From the human T2T-CHM13v2.0 reference genome, Homo sapiens, in assembly GCF_009914755.1 (NCBI RefSeq), contig NC_060925.1: a stretch of DNA of 64,000 nucleotides; one strand, 5' to 3'. This document shows, in pieces, positions 46,004-61,479 of the stretch. Position 1 is the first letter of the stretch. Every line of letters begins with the position of its first letter. The position numbers and the translations under genes are program-made. Below the pieces are notes generated by a model. The model did no database searches. It saw nothing but the letters and a program-made list of their open reading frames with translations, and had not been told where the DNA came from.

Positions 46004-46387
46004 TGATATGGTTTGAATTTTTGGCCCTGTCCAAATCTCATGTCGAATTGTAATCCCCAGTGTTGGAGGAGGGGCCTGGTAGGAGGTGATTGGATCATGG
46101 GGGTGGACTTCCACCTTGCTGTTCTCATGATAGTGAGTGAATTCGCATGAAATCTGGTTGTTTAAAAGTGTGTGGCACCTCCCCCTTCTCTCTCTTCCTC
46201 CTTCTCCAGTCATGTAAGATGTGCCTGCTCCTCCTTCCCCTTCTGCCATGACTGTAAGTTTCCTGAGGCCTCCTCAGCCATGCTTCCTGTACAGCCTGCA
46301 GAATTGTGAGTCAATTAAACTTCTTTTCTTTATAAATTACCCCATCTCAGCTAGTTTTATATAGCAATGCAAGAACAGACTAATGCA
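46004..46387 (+). mobile_element. MSTA MaLR solo LTR inserted in the provirus
   Basis: TGATATGGTTTG...ACAGACTAATGCA; exact 5-bp TSD ATATC. Confidence 0.92.
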
Positions 46388-47126
46388 ATATCTAAACCAG
46401 CTTTGGAGAATGAGATTCCCCCATGTTAGGTCCATACATAGTCTTCCTCTTGCATGGTCACTCTATTTATGTGATTATATTGTCAGTAATGAGGTGGTCA
46501 ATGATAAAGCCTTGCTAATGTCATTGGCTAAATTGTTTCTTCCTTTGATTGTTCTGTGTTTTTCTGTGGGGGAATGCTGGTCTGTGATAACATGTGATAG
46601 AAAACTCTTTACACTTTGTGTACACTGTCACATGTTCACCTAAGTGCCTCTACCCCATATCTCTTTGTTTCTGATATTAGTGTCTTTTTTCTTTCAGGCC
46701 ACTGACCACGTGGCCGGGTCATTGACCACTGCTCAGGAATCTGTAGATATTCTCATCTTAGGACATTTACTTTTCATAAAAGGGGATGACCATGGTGCAC
46801 TGCTCACATCTGTGTCCTTTTCATGGCTTTTCAAGGCCACTCCTGAATATAGCTGGCATGCAGTGCTGTCCATTTTTGGCTTACATCAGTGCTTCAAGCT
46901 GGCCCATCCATAACATAAGCTTAATTTTTACCTCCTTTTTCAGCTGGCCACATAGGACCTCCCTCACACATGACCATAAACGTAAGCCAGAGGGGAAGCA
47001 CTGATGCAACTGTAGTCAGTGATGAGGGATTCTGGGCTAAATATTCATGTCCTCTGTCCCTGCTTAAGCTTGAACCCAGATGCACCATATCCATCTTCAG
47101 TGGATTTCTGCTGTGCAAGTCCAGCG

Positions 47127-47363
47127 TTATGACTTGGAAGGTCTAACAGAATGTATCTCATAATTAGCAATTCCAAGCACACGATCACATTCATGTGAAC
47201 TGTTCTTATTTTCTTTTCTAATTAGAATGAAAAAGAATACAGTCACCAAATCAATGGCCATATACCATGTACCTGAGGCCTTATTAATCTTCTCAAGAAA
47301 TAGCAGCACATCTGGGACAGCAGAAGCCATCAGTGCTACTATTAGGATATAATCTCTGTTCAT
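47127..47363 (-). pseudogene. ERVL-type reverse transcriptase remnant
   Basis: SAVPDVLLFLEKINKASGTWYMAIDLVTVFFFILI resembles ERVL [36 protein letters not shown]; integrase-like WWKGLLKAQLKCQ near 45587-45630. Confidence 0.85.
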
Positions 47364-47798
47364 TCTCCAATACTAATCAAATAGTGAATTAAATGGAAAT
47401 CTGATAACAACCAGCAACCTTTCGTCCTTTTGGTCTTTAATGGTGGCATCTCTGCCCTTTTTCCTAGGATATAATATTGATTTTTTAGTTACCTCTTGGC
47501 CAAAGAGAGACAATTTTAGAGGTTTCCATTTTTCCTTTCCCATTGCAATATCGCTTACTGAATAAACCAGATGCTCAATATAGTGATTGCTCTAATTGCC
47601 AAGTACAGAAAAAGTTACTGGGTGTGTTCATAGATCTAGTAGCTCTATTGTGAGGTGAATTTTAGTCAGGACTTCAATTATCACATAGTTTTCTTGAGCC
47701 TCCAATCTAAAAGAGAGCCTGTGATTACTCTTTTGTTCTTTAGGTATTAACATCAACATAGACCTCATGCGCAATAGTCTTTGAAACTTCTTGATGAT

Positions 47799-48201
47799 TG
47801 CTATATTGCAAATGTGTCTCCCATGGGTTGTGTGTGGAACACTTATTTCCCAATGCAACAGTGATTGAATATGGGGCTTCAAAATAGGTAATTCGGTCAT
47901 GAGGAGTCTGCTATCATGAATAGATTAATGTCATTATGAAGAGAGTAGGTTAGCTATAAAATTGAGCTCACCCCTCTCTTGCTCTATTGTTCTCACTCTC
48001 TGTTGCTCTTCCATCTTCCATCATGGGATGAGACAGCAGGAAGGTCCTTGCAAGGAGACAGGAGGAAGGTCCTTGCAAGATACTAGAACCATACTCTTGG
48101 ACTTCCCAGCCTCCAGAATCATGAGCCAACTAAATTTCTGTTTATAATAAATAATCCATCCTATGGTATTCTGCTACAGCACCATAAAACAGACTAGGGC
48201 A
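47799..48201 (+). mobile_element. MSTC/MSTD-type MaLR solo LTR inserted in the provirus
   Basis: TGCTATA start, ggacttcccagcctccagaa, ends aaacagactagggca; internal 25-bp duplication. Confidence 0.85.
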
Positions 48202-48299
48202 GTGGTGATCCCCCTTTCCTCAATATATACCCACCTGATAAAATGTCTGTAAGTCCTTTGGGAAAGGACTAGGAGAATTGTCAGGGTATATTTTTGCCA

Positions 48300-48422
48300 T
48301 GATGTTGTATGGTTCTTCTGGTAGGGGTTTATTATTCTCAAGTCTATGGGTTCTGCCTGTGACGTTGTATGGTTCTTCTGGTAGGGGTTTATTATTCTCA
48401 AGTCTATGGGTTCTGCCTGTGA
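48300..48422. repeat. 60-bp tandem duplication
   Basis: 48301-48360 and 48361-48420 differ at one base. Confidence 0.97.
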
Positions 48423-50284
48423 ATGTTGGTTCAGATCTGACCACTAAGCAATGTATTGTCAGTTTTAATTGAAATGATCACCTTCAGCCTTTTGCTCCTC
48501 CATTCTTGTCCTTCTATTCCATTATAGATAATTAAGCAGCACTTCTGCTGGCTGCCCATTAATTTTCCCCTGTGGACACTGTACTCTATTAATCATTTCC
48601 ATGACTTTCCTATTCAAGCCACTACTCTCCAATTCAAGCCCTCTTAAGCTGATCCTTAAAGATTGTTATGACAAGTGAAGCCTTCTGCCTTCTGTTGTTT
48701 AAATGCCACCACCTGGCTTCTATTACTTTGGGGCTCCATTACTCCCATGGCTATTAAGAAACTTAGACCTGTGACAACCTCTCTATACTTTGCCTTGAAT
48801 CTCCAGAAGAAAACCACCACTTAAATTCTTTGTGATGTTTGTAACTCTCTCACCAGGACATTGCTGGCAGTCTTGATGAATGGCGTGTCCTCTGAGCCCA
48901 CTCATGGAACATAATTCTCTGGTGAGTATTCTGGTCAAATATAACATATCTATTCTATCATGCCCACTTCCTTCTTCCTCTGGGTTGCTTCATCTTCTCT
49001 CTGTCAGGGCAACTCAGGCATTCCATTTCACTGCGAGTTGGCCATCAATTTATGCAGGCTTTATACGATTTATGCAGGCTTCTTCTGGCAATGAGATTAC
49101 CTGATCACCCAGAAAGTGCCCCCCAGCCACTTCATTCTTGCTTATCCAACTTTAAATTCCAGCCCAATCTGATCAAGGCTCATGCTGGTATATCCAGCTT
49201 ATGCTTGCATTCTTTAGATCTCTTTCTTTCCTTAGCATTTCTTTCTTCTTGTATCATGTCCAAAATCTCCCTAGCTACGTTAGCTAGGATTATCTTATAT
49301 GAGCATTATCTGCCTGGCAGTCAGAACAGAAGGTAGAGGAACATCTTAGAGGGCACCTGTTAACCTAGTTTGGAAGATGCTGTTGCTGCCTCTTTTAGCA
49401 CAACAGAAGTACCAGCTCTTATCAGGGAAGGGTAGGTCATCTCTAAAAGTCCAGGAGTCTGGGGGAGGAGGGGCAGGTCACACAGTCAAAATCCTCATGG
49501 GCATCAAATGTCTTGGTTCAATGTTTCAGAATTCCAGGTTTTCCCACCAGGACCCTGACCTTTGCACAATAGACCTGCCTGCCTTCATTGAGTGTCCAAA
49601 AGTCTTGGGAGATTTGCAATTCCACTGATTGAGTTGTAAGCTTGTCATTCCACTATATCTGTTCTTTTACTGCAAGAAAGAACACCCTCTTCATAAGTCA
49701 TCACAGAGGTCTTTGGTTCTCACACTTAGCCTTAAACTGCTAACGGTCCTCAGTCTTCTTTATTCTTTTGAAGGGCATCAGTACAACCTAGCATCAATAC
49801 CACTATGCTGTTTTTGTGGACATTGCTTTCCCACGTGTTTTCAAATGCCTGAATGGGCACATCAGCCACAGCATTCTCCTCCATGGGAACGTTTTCTCAG
49901 GCTACTACCAGGGAAATCCTTAGCAATGGAGGCATTACCTTGTGCCAGGTACTATCTGTCCCACCAATGAACCAAGATGGTGTCTTCTTTTTTGCTGGGT
50001 GGTGAGTGACCAAGTTCAGCATCATCATCTTACTGCATGTCTTATCAGACAGACCACTCTTGGGTCCAGTACCACTTGTGTTAGTCTGGATGCTCTGAAA
50101 GTAGCCCCCCTCCATGTCGGAATTAAATATGCAATGATTTTATTCAGAGAAAAACCTGTGACAGAAATGAGGGGAGGAAGCACCTGAGTAAAGTATTTCA
50201 GAGCACAGGACCCTTGATCAATTATGCTCCCTGTAGTTGGATATCTACAAGACACATTCTCATAGTTGCCACAGATATTACATT

Positions 50285-50430
50285 AATGTCATTATTCCTA
50301 TGTTACAAATAAGAAAATGAACACAGAGTGATTGAGTCACTTGCCTAAAGTCTCAGAAATATCAAACAGAGGACCTGGGAGATATTCCAGCAGTTTTGCT
50401 TCAGCATCCATAATTTTAACCAGTTTTCTA
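50285..50430 (-). mobile_element. MIR fragment
   Basis: attattcctatgttacaaataagaaaatgaacacagag...tcacttgcctaaagtc. Confidence 0.7.
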
Positions 50431-50486
50431 GCCCCCAAAATAATAAAAACCAGCAGTTCATGTCAAAAAGATTGTCCAAAAGGCCC

Positions 50487-51255
50487 TGTTAGTGACTAAA
50501 CTGTGCTCTCCCCACTCCCCAATTAATATGATAAAGCCTTAACCCCCAGTGTGATTATATCTGGACATAGAGCCTTTGGAGGAGTAAAGGTTACTGAGAT
50601 CATAAGGGAGTGACTCTAATCTGAAAGGACTGGTGTCTTTACAGGAAGAGGAAGACACACCAAGTGGCTGTCTGTCCACAAGCAGATGGAGGAAATACCA
50701 CGTGAGGACACAGCAGGAAGGAAGTTGCCCGGAAGCCGATGAGGGAGGCCTTATCAGAAACCAACCCTGCCTACTCCCTGATCTTGGACTTCCTGCCTCT
50801 GGATCTGCAAGAAAACAAATGTCCCTTGTGGCCGGGCACTGGGGCTCATGCTTATAATCCCAGCACTTTGGGAGGCCGAGGCAGGCAGATCACATGAGGT
50901 CAGGACCAGCCTGGCCAACATGGTTAAAGCTTGTCTTACTAAAAATACAAAAAAAAGTTAGCCAGGTATGGTGGCATGCACCTGTAGTCCCTGCTACTCA
51001 GGGAGGCTGAGGCAGGGGAATCACTTGAACCCAGGAGGTGGAGCGGTCCCTGCTACTCAGGGAGGCTGAGGCAGGGGAATCACTTGAACCCAGGAGGTGC
51101 AGCGGTCATGCGACTGCACTCCAGCCTGGGTGACAGAGGGAGATTCCATCTCAAAAAGAAAAAAAAAAGAAACAAAAGAAAAGAAAAGAAATATCCCTTG
51201 TTGAAGCCACTCAATCTGTGGTACTTTGTTATGGCAGCCCAAGCAGACTCGTACA
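50487..51255 (+). mobile_element. MLT1A-type MaLR solo LTR interrupted by an Alu
   Basis: ggactggtgtctttacaggaagagg, atcttggacttcctgcctc and ctttgttatggcagcccaagcagact. Confidence 0.85.
50830..51188 (+). mobile_element. AluS with a 59-bp internal tandem duplication
   Basis: TSD aaatgtcccttgt / aaatatcccttgt; duplicated units 50987-51045 and 51046-51104. Confidence 0.95.
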
Positions 51256-52686
51256 GATCCATCATCAAAAATAAGCAAATCACAACGAAATAAAGAGCCA
51301 CTAATATAAACGGATGGATAATAGGTAGTTTATGTGATGGTCTTTGTTTCTGAAACAGAAGAACACCTCACACTGATGAGGACCTCCTGGTTGCAGCTGA
51401 GGAACACTGCAGGCAGAGGAGAGTTCACTGGGGCAGCAATCTCCATCCAACCAACTGTTCTTCCCTCCTGGGAAAACAAACCACAACCCATCATGTGTGC
51501 CAGGCAGGCAAAAACTTCCCTGGAAGCCTGGAAATAATCACACCCTGAAATTGGGTTAACTAGGCTGCAATTTCAACAACACTCTTAGTCACACACACTG
51601 TTTCAATATTTTCTTCAATAAATTGGAGATAACAGAGTTTCAGCGAATATATGCCATTGATATCTATTAATCAAACATTAAGTATTTGCTGGACACCAAC
51701 TGTCATCCTGGCAGTAAAACAAATCAATTCACTATAAGGATCTGTCTAGTCTTAGGCATTTTAGTTCAATTCTCAGCAAAAACAAATAAACAAAACAAAC
51801 AAACAAAACAGTAGGCAAGGAAAAGACTCTAGAAATGAATGACTATCTCACTTCTGGTCAGCTCTTCAACCGGTATGGCCAGCAGTCCAAATTAGCACTC
51901 TGACCCTACAGGTATCAGTCTTTGAAGAAATATTGATGAAGACACTTGACCTGTGATTCTCTGACACTGAGGGTCAGAGGGGGAATAAGACACCATCACT
52001 GCAGAGATGACTTTCAGAAACTAGCTATTCATGCCTGAATACATTCATGCTCCTCAGTGTGGGTTCCTTGGACAGTAATTTTCAGTAATTCAGTCTGCTT
52101 ATTCAAAATGTTCTCAACTGAGACATACTACATGTCAGAATATGGACAGAGAGGAAGAAGATGCATTTACAACAAACCACCTTCTCCTCCAACACACTAA
52201 TCCTGTAACTATTATGCACAATAAAAGTATGAGAATTACTGGTAAATATAAATGTAGTAGGAATGAAAGAGGGTGTATCTGGTGAATGAGACAGAGAAGC
52301 TGGAGTCTCCAGGTATCCTCCTGATGGTACTAGGTAGTTTGTTCAGGTTTGGATAAGATACAACCAGAGGTTACCAATGTGGGGAATGGGGACTTGTAAG
52401 AGTCAGTATGTCATCAGGGCCTTTTTTAGGAAAGTCTGAGTTTGGAGAGAGAGATTCAGTATCCTCAGGGAAGCTAAGTAAAATTAGAAAACAAAGGCAG
52501 AGGCAAAATTGCCCCAGAGTCAGAAGATGTACAAAACTCAGTGGGCATTTCTGTTGTGCAGATGTAAGCCCTGACTACTGAATACTATATTTAAGAATTT
52601 CAGGCTAATTTAGGTCTCATTTCTTGCTAAGGTAAAGCTCTTTGTGTATTCATTACCTTTATTCAGATTGTTTCAATGGATGGTGA

Positions 52687-53163
<477 letters not shown>

Positions 53164-53299
53164 TAATTTTGTAACAAATTGCTAATTAACAATTTTATTG
53201 AAGAGGGTGTCTTAAAAGTCATAGACACAGAAATAATTATCAGTGAAAACACTGTATAATAATATTTGTGAGATAGTTCTAAAGAAATGTTTATATATA

Positions 53300-54650
53300 A
53301 CTCTAAACATATTTCCTAGAAAACATGAAATGTTAAAACTATAGAACTGAGCACTCACATCAAGAACCTGGAAAAAAGGAAAAGTAGCAACTACTTTAGT
53401 AATAAAGTTAAAGGAAATAATAACTATAAGATCAAGATATATAAATTAGAGAATTAGAAAATGAATCCAATGATAATATATTGACAACTGGAGTCTTTGA
53501 AAAGATCAATAAGATATCCAAAGTTTCCACAATATGGAACAAGAAAAAAAATAAATTGCAAACAAACAAAATACATTAAAGAGGAGAAGGACAATTATAG
53601 ATTCAAGGGAGGTTAGTAGAACCATAGAGGAAAATATTGATCAAATACACACTCAACTGCCTAGACAAAATTGATGTAAATATATTAGACACTGTTTTGT
53701 GCAAATGGAAATAGAAACCTCAAAGGAGCACATGGCATTAAATAGTTGAGCAATAAGACTAATGAGAAACATCTTCCATTCTCCCCCGAAGGCCCCTGAC
53801 CCAAATGACTTCTACCAAAATTTCAAGGAACAGAGAAAGTCAAATCCACTCAATCCATTTTACAAGATGCTTATAAACATAATATCAAAACCATAATAGT
53901 TAGACTAAAAGAAAGGAACTATAAGTCCATTTTATTTGTAGCTACACTTTTGCAAATATTAAATATAATATTTCTAAGTTATTTATCACATACAAGAGTT
54001 GTTAACTAAAATAGTCATAGGTATTGGATTTTATCTGCACGTATTTAACAAAGCATATGATATTTTCTTCTTTAATCTATTCATGTGGTAAGTTACACTT
54101 ACAGATTGACTTAATTGCTGGGATGTATATTTATCAGAAAATATTTGTTAAGATCCGCAAGGAGACGTGTACACAAAAGTCTATGACTCTAATTTTTGCA
54201 TGTGATATTGATAATCTGGAAGCCACACTGTCCATAACTGGAAAAATTGATAAAAGAAAATGGGATGAATGCATACGATGAAAGAGTATGTAGCAGTATG
54301 AAGCATCCTGGATAGAAATTCAATACATAGCCTTGAGTGATAAAATAAAATAGAATAAAATGTATAGCATAATTTAATACATGTTAAAATACATACGCAT
54401 ATGAATGATACTTCTTTATTAAAGGAGGCATATATAACCAATATAATAATGCATATATTAAGTACCTTATAGAATACGTCTAATGGGAGGAAGGAAGGAA
54501 GTTGTTTCCAGTGAACAATGAGAAATAAAATACACAAGGGAAAAATGAAATGGAAAGCCAGCATCTTTATATGAACTAATGAGATGGTGTACTTTGAATT
54601 GAGGAGTCTGCAATTTCAAACCTATGCACTTGGGGAGCACCAAATTTTCC
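53300..54650 (+). mobile_element. Highly degraded L1ME-like fragments
   Basis: tctttgaaaagatcaataaga, ctaccaaaatttcaaggaacagag and other ORF2/3'UTR motifs. Confidence 0.6.
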
Positions 54651-54842
54651 AAATAAAAATAAAATAGGAAGAAATGTCATTTTAGACTATGACTCACTGC
54701 CTTTCCTCTATATATGGTAATTATCCCCACACCTTTAAAGATACATTTTTTAGGCACCTTGAATTTCTGTTGGTTCAATGGCAATGTTATATTTTTATGG
54801 AAACTGACAGTGAAATTCTAAATGTACATTTGAGTGCACAAC

Positions 54843-55299
54843 TGTGATGGGTCAACTTGGATAAGTGCCAACATAGAGAGTCTATAGTAGCCAGTAATGC
54901 AAAGTGTTGCTGTGAGGGGTTTCAGAGATGTGATTAACATGTACAGTCAGTTGACTTAGATAAGGAGATTGTCTTCTATAATGTGAGTGGGCCTGATCCA
55001 ATCATTTGAAAGGGCTTACAAGCAGAACTGAAGTTTCCCCAACAAAAAGGAAATTCTGCCTCTCAGTGGTTTGCTCCCACCTGAGACTTTCCAGGCTGTT
55101 GGCCTACCCTATGAATTTCAGACTCGTCCTGCCATACCCCACAAACGCATAAGTCAATTCTATGAAATAAATTTATGTGTGTATGTGCACATGTGTCTCT
55201 ATGTATGTTTGCATCTATGCATCTGTGTGTTTGTGTATGTGTGTGTGTGCACCAATCTCTTACTGATTCTGTTTCTCTGGTGGAATCCTGACTTATAAA
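54843..55299 (+). mobile_element. MLT2D-like ERVL solo LTR
   Basis: TGTGATGGGTCAACTTGG, gtgggcctgatccaatcatttgaaagggctt, ends ctgtttctctggtggaatcctgactt. Confidence 0.8.
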
Positions 55300-55899
55300 A
55301 ACCTCCAAACTTTAATTACCAAAAAGACAACAATTAAAATTATCAACAAAATGATCACTAATTTCAATATTAATGTCGAATTTGGTATGAAGCTGCACAA
55401 ATCCCAAAAAAACAAATATAGTCGACATTGAACAATGCAGAGGTTAGGAGCACTGGAGGCCCCACACAGCACACAGTCATAAATCTGTGTATAATTTTTG
55501 ACTCTTCCGGAGTTTAACTACAAATAGCCTACTGTTAACCAGAATCCTTACCAATAATATAAACAGCTAATTAACACTTATTTTTTGTTATATGTATTAT
55601 ATCTTGTATTTTTACAATAAAGTAAGCTAGAGCAAAGGAAATGAGATTAAGAAATTCATAAGGAAGAGAAAATATATTTACTATTCAATTAGTAGAAGTG
55701 AATCATCATAAAGATCTTCACCCTCATTATCATCCTTACACTGAGTAGGCTGAGCAAGAGGAAAAGTAAGGGTTGGTCTTGCTGCCTCAGGGATAGCATA
55801 GGCAGGAAAGGTAGAGGAGGTAGAAGGGAGGTAAGAGAGTCAGGCACACTTCCTATAATTTTACAAAAATATATTGTATTTTCTATCTGAATTTCTGCT

Positions 55900-57794
<1,895 letters not shown>

Positions 57795-59499
57795 GGTGTT
57801 ATTCAAGGTTACGATATTGCACTAAACACGATGAAAAATACCTGAGAACTATAAGAGACCACTTTTACTGTGATAGGCAATTTGCTGGAAAGATAAACTA
57901 CTCACGCAGAGATGATTGGCTTCACTAGGCGTTTTAAGCAGACACTCACAACGTTTTAAGCAGATACAACACTTGAGCTCACCACACTAGCAACAAGAGA
58001 TGGCTACAAATTATTACAGTGGATGCACTACAATGAAGTTTATGCGGTCATGATTTAATACTGCATCTTTATGTTTGTCTACATTTCTCTCTGCTGCAAA
58101 TGGCGCCATATACAAGTCTGTGTTTGTGTGCATAAGTTTTCATAAAGTTTTACTTTTTATAATAGATTTCTGTATGTTTTGTGGTAGTAAATGACATAAC
58201 AGATAAGTATCTACATATATTTTATGCATCCATGACATACATAATATATTCTTCATTTTTAAGATATTTCTAGGCTATGCTGTTTGTCTATGAGTTTTTT
58301 TCAAATTGTCACAAATCTCCACAAAATTTTGCAATATGGTTATTGAAAAAAACTTGCATATAAATGAACCTTCAAAGCTCAAAGCCATGTTGTTCAAGGG
58401 TCACCTATAGGCTCTTTTGATTGATTTCATTTCTACTACGAATCAAATATGTTTTGAATTTCTGACTTTGCTGTAGGAAGGCGATTTTATGTATGAGTCT
58501 GTACTCAGAGATTTACCTCATTTTATGAAAATTATCTCTTCATATTCTCAAAAGTTAGGTATTGACACCCATCTTCAGAGATGCAAGTATGTGCAGAGAG
58601 TCAGGAAAATTTCAGGTAGGCAATTGTTAAGCTTATGTGGGAACAATAATTTTTTATTAACAGCAAAAATTTTCTTAATTTTTGTCTATTTGTGAACTGC
58701 TTGCTTTCACATTCAGTAATCAGCCAGTAACTCCTTCATTTTGGTATGCTCTGTTTTCAGATGTGTTGAAAGCCTTAGTTTTTCTTTTTCATTGTAATTT
58801 CAAAATATTTGTTCAACTCTCTCAGCAAAACAATTCTTCCTTTACTACCCCTTGGGGAGACTGGACCAAACTGTCACTAGTTCTTTCTTTGAAATGTCAA
58901 TTTTGCTGTTTGAATAGTTAAGCCATCATGGAGGAGGTCAGAAAAAGAAAAGCATCCACTAACTTTATTCTTTTGTCATTCTCTTCTGCCCCTCTTTCTG
59001 CTCCCGCTTATGGTGTAGTTTCTATGTCTGGGTGCATCTGTGTGGCTGGGAATTGGCTAGACTTTAGAACTGTTGACTGTCCCTGCCTGGTGCCCTGGTG
59101 TCACCTGTATCATCTTTGCCCCTGGCCACGGAAGATGGAGCGCCTCTGTTTCTCCCAGTACTTCCAGTTCTTTATGAGCTTACCTTCTCCACTCGTTCCA
59201 GTTAAAAGTCAGTCTGATCGACTTTCCTTGGAGGTCACTCTCTGTACCTCTTTCTCCTTCAGCCACTTGAACCTTCTGTTCTTCTCTTTGACAGAGAAGA
59301 AAATGTGTTTACTATAAATATTACACATTCGGAAACAAAATATTTTGAATACACATTCGTTTCTGAATGCACACATCTATCATCTCCCCTAAACAGATCT
59401 TGAGATGTAGGTAAGGGGAAACTAAAACTTAGATAACAAATACAATAGTAACAGAAATAAAACATTTTCTTCACTGGATCATATAAAGGAAAATACAGA

Positions 59500-59640
59500 C
59501 CTTGTTTGTTTTGTAGTCTTGAACAAATTACTTAACTGAGCATCATCAGTAAAATGGAAATGATATCCATCTTGCAGAATAATTTAATGATTATATATGT
59601 AAAGTGCCTGCTGCATGTTTAACCAATGGTAGCTTGTTAA
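59500..59640 (+). mobile_element. MIR fragment
   Basis: cttgaacaaattacttaac...catcagtaaaatggaaatgata...tatgtaaagtgcct. Confidence 0.75.
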
Positions 59641-59789
59641 TACTAAAGTATTACTAACTTTCCTTCCAGAAAGGACTTAAATACGTCATCACAATTTATT
59701 ATCTCTTCTCTGTGATCTACAAACCAGAATCACAAGATGGGCTGAGGATCTCACCTCTATCCTCCTTAAAATTACTTCCCTACCCATGC

Positions 59790-60157
59790 TGCATTAGTCT
59801 GTTTTCATGCCACTGATAAAGACATTCCTGAGGCTGAGCAATTTACAAAAGAAAGAGGTTTATTGGATTTACAGTTCCACATGTCTGGGGAGGCTTTATA
59901 ATCATGGCAGAAGGCAAGGAGTAGCAAATCACATCTTACACAGATGGCAGCAGGAAAAAAAAAAGCTTGTGCAGAAAAACTCCCATTTTTTAAAACCATC
60001 AGATCTCATGAGACCCATTCATTATCACAAGAACAGCATGGGAAAGACCCCACCCCCATGATTCAATCATCTCCCACCAGGTCCCTCCCACAACATGTGT
60101 GAATTATGGGAGCTACAAGATGAGATTTGAGTGGGGTCACAGAGCCAAACTATGTTG
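59790..60157 (-). mobile_element. THE1C-like MaLR solo LTR
   Basis: tgcattagtctgttttcatgccactgataaagac...cacagagccaaactatgttg; TSD CATGC/CATGG. Confidence 0.92.
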
Positions 60158-61479
60158 CATGGCTTCATGAAGCCTTAATATTAGGGCATCTTTTTTCCTT
60201 GCAAGTTGTTCAAGTCTCTTGACCCTGTAATATCAAAATGAAAACATCATTGCTGTCTTCCCCAGGAGTCTCATTCAATTTGGACTTTCATATAAAATTG
60301 TCAATGTGTGAATACAAATTAGGCAACCCCCTGCCCCTTAGAGAAGAGAGAAATGTATTTTTGTCTATTCTTTACAAAGATTTTAAGCTGATTTAGCTGG
60401 AGAGGTCAATTTGTGACTGATTGTATTCAACATAGCCAGCAACTTATATATTTGGGATGTATTTAGTTTGAGGATCTGCCTTTGATTTTTTTCATTGAAT
60501 TGAAAGACACATATGTAGTTGAGCTTCTGCTGACTTTTTTTTTTCTTAACCCAACTAAGTGCTACCTAGATGGCAAAGAGATCCAGCAACAGAATTCAGA
60601 AGAAGAAATGAAGTAAAAACACAGAGCTAGACCCAGAACCCATACTACGGACTTGACCTTCAGGCACCTGCTGCTACACAGAATGCATCACAATTAATTG
60701 GAGGAATAGCAAGACAACCAATGAGCAGAGGGCTGGACCTCACTCATTCATAGAGGCCTTGGCCTTTTCAAAACCTGTCCCTCCTCCACAGCCTCTGAGA
60801 TTGGTGGGATGGGAACCCAAGAAAGGAGAGGACTTGTTCAGAGCATGCCAAGCCCCTCCATTTTAAGCACTTCTCACTAATTTCAAACATAGAAAATGAG
60901 AAGAGTTACAGAATCAGTACTAGATGGCAACAAGGTGGTTGGGACCCAGCCAAGAAGGGAGATTTGACACAGAAGACTTGAAAGCAGTGATTGAAATAAC
61001 AGTAAAATGTTTCATGTCTGTATCCCCAAAGTAGTTTAGATGCCACCATAAGCCAATTGACTGTATGATCACTTCTATTTATTCTCATAAATACTACGTA
61101 CCAATATGGATAGTACTTTCATGCAGGATCCAAAAATATTTAAAAACTACAATTATATTTACATAAAATAGGCATAAGTTAGGTTAGACTGAAATAGATC
61201 AATATTTTTAGACCAGTTACATTTAGATGGTAAAATATTTATGTGATTTTTTGTCTTTTTCTCCATTGATCACTTATTCAATAAAGTGTTTGTGTAGTTT
61301 GTAAATTAAAATATAATTTTATAAACCATAAGGATGACTTAAAATTATTTATTCCTATCTCTCACCTAAGTTTTCATCTAATTGACATAAAATCTCTATC
61401 CTTCCCTTCTCACTCAAATTCCTTACCTTTGTTCTCTCTGCTTTTCCACTTGGCATCTCCCATTCAGCCTTCAACCCTA

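Larger units (their letters stand above)
44387..50273 (-). mobile_element. Degenerate class III (ERVL-like) provirus, LTR16A / ERV3-16A3-int-like, with both LTRs
   Basis: 3' LTR 44387-44775 next to a PPT (minus GACAAGGGTGACT); internally deleted 5' LTR 50077-50273 next to a PBS-like TGGTACTGGACCCAAGAGTGG; pol remnants; flanks AATAC/GATAT. Confidence 0.8.

Noticed and set aside
48174-48472. ORFs with repeated peptides; repeat resembling a CRISPR array
   Set aside because: Produced by a two-copy 60-bp duplication with no spacers, in eukaryotic DNA
58928-59317. 129-aa ATG ORF with a good Kozak context
   Set aside because: Composition reflects pyrimidine-rich DNA; no recognisable homology or promoter context
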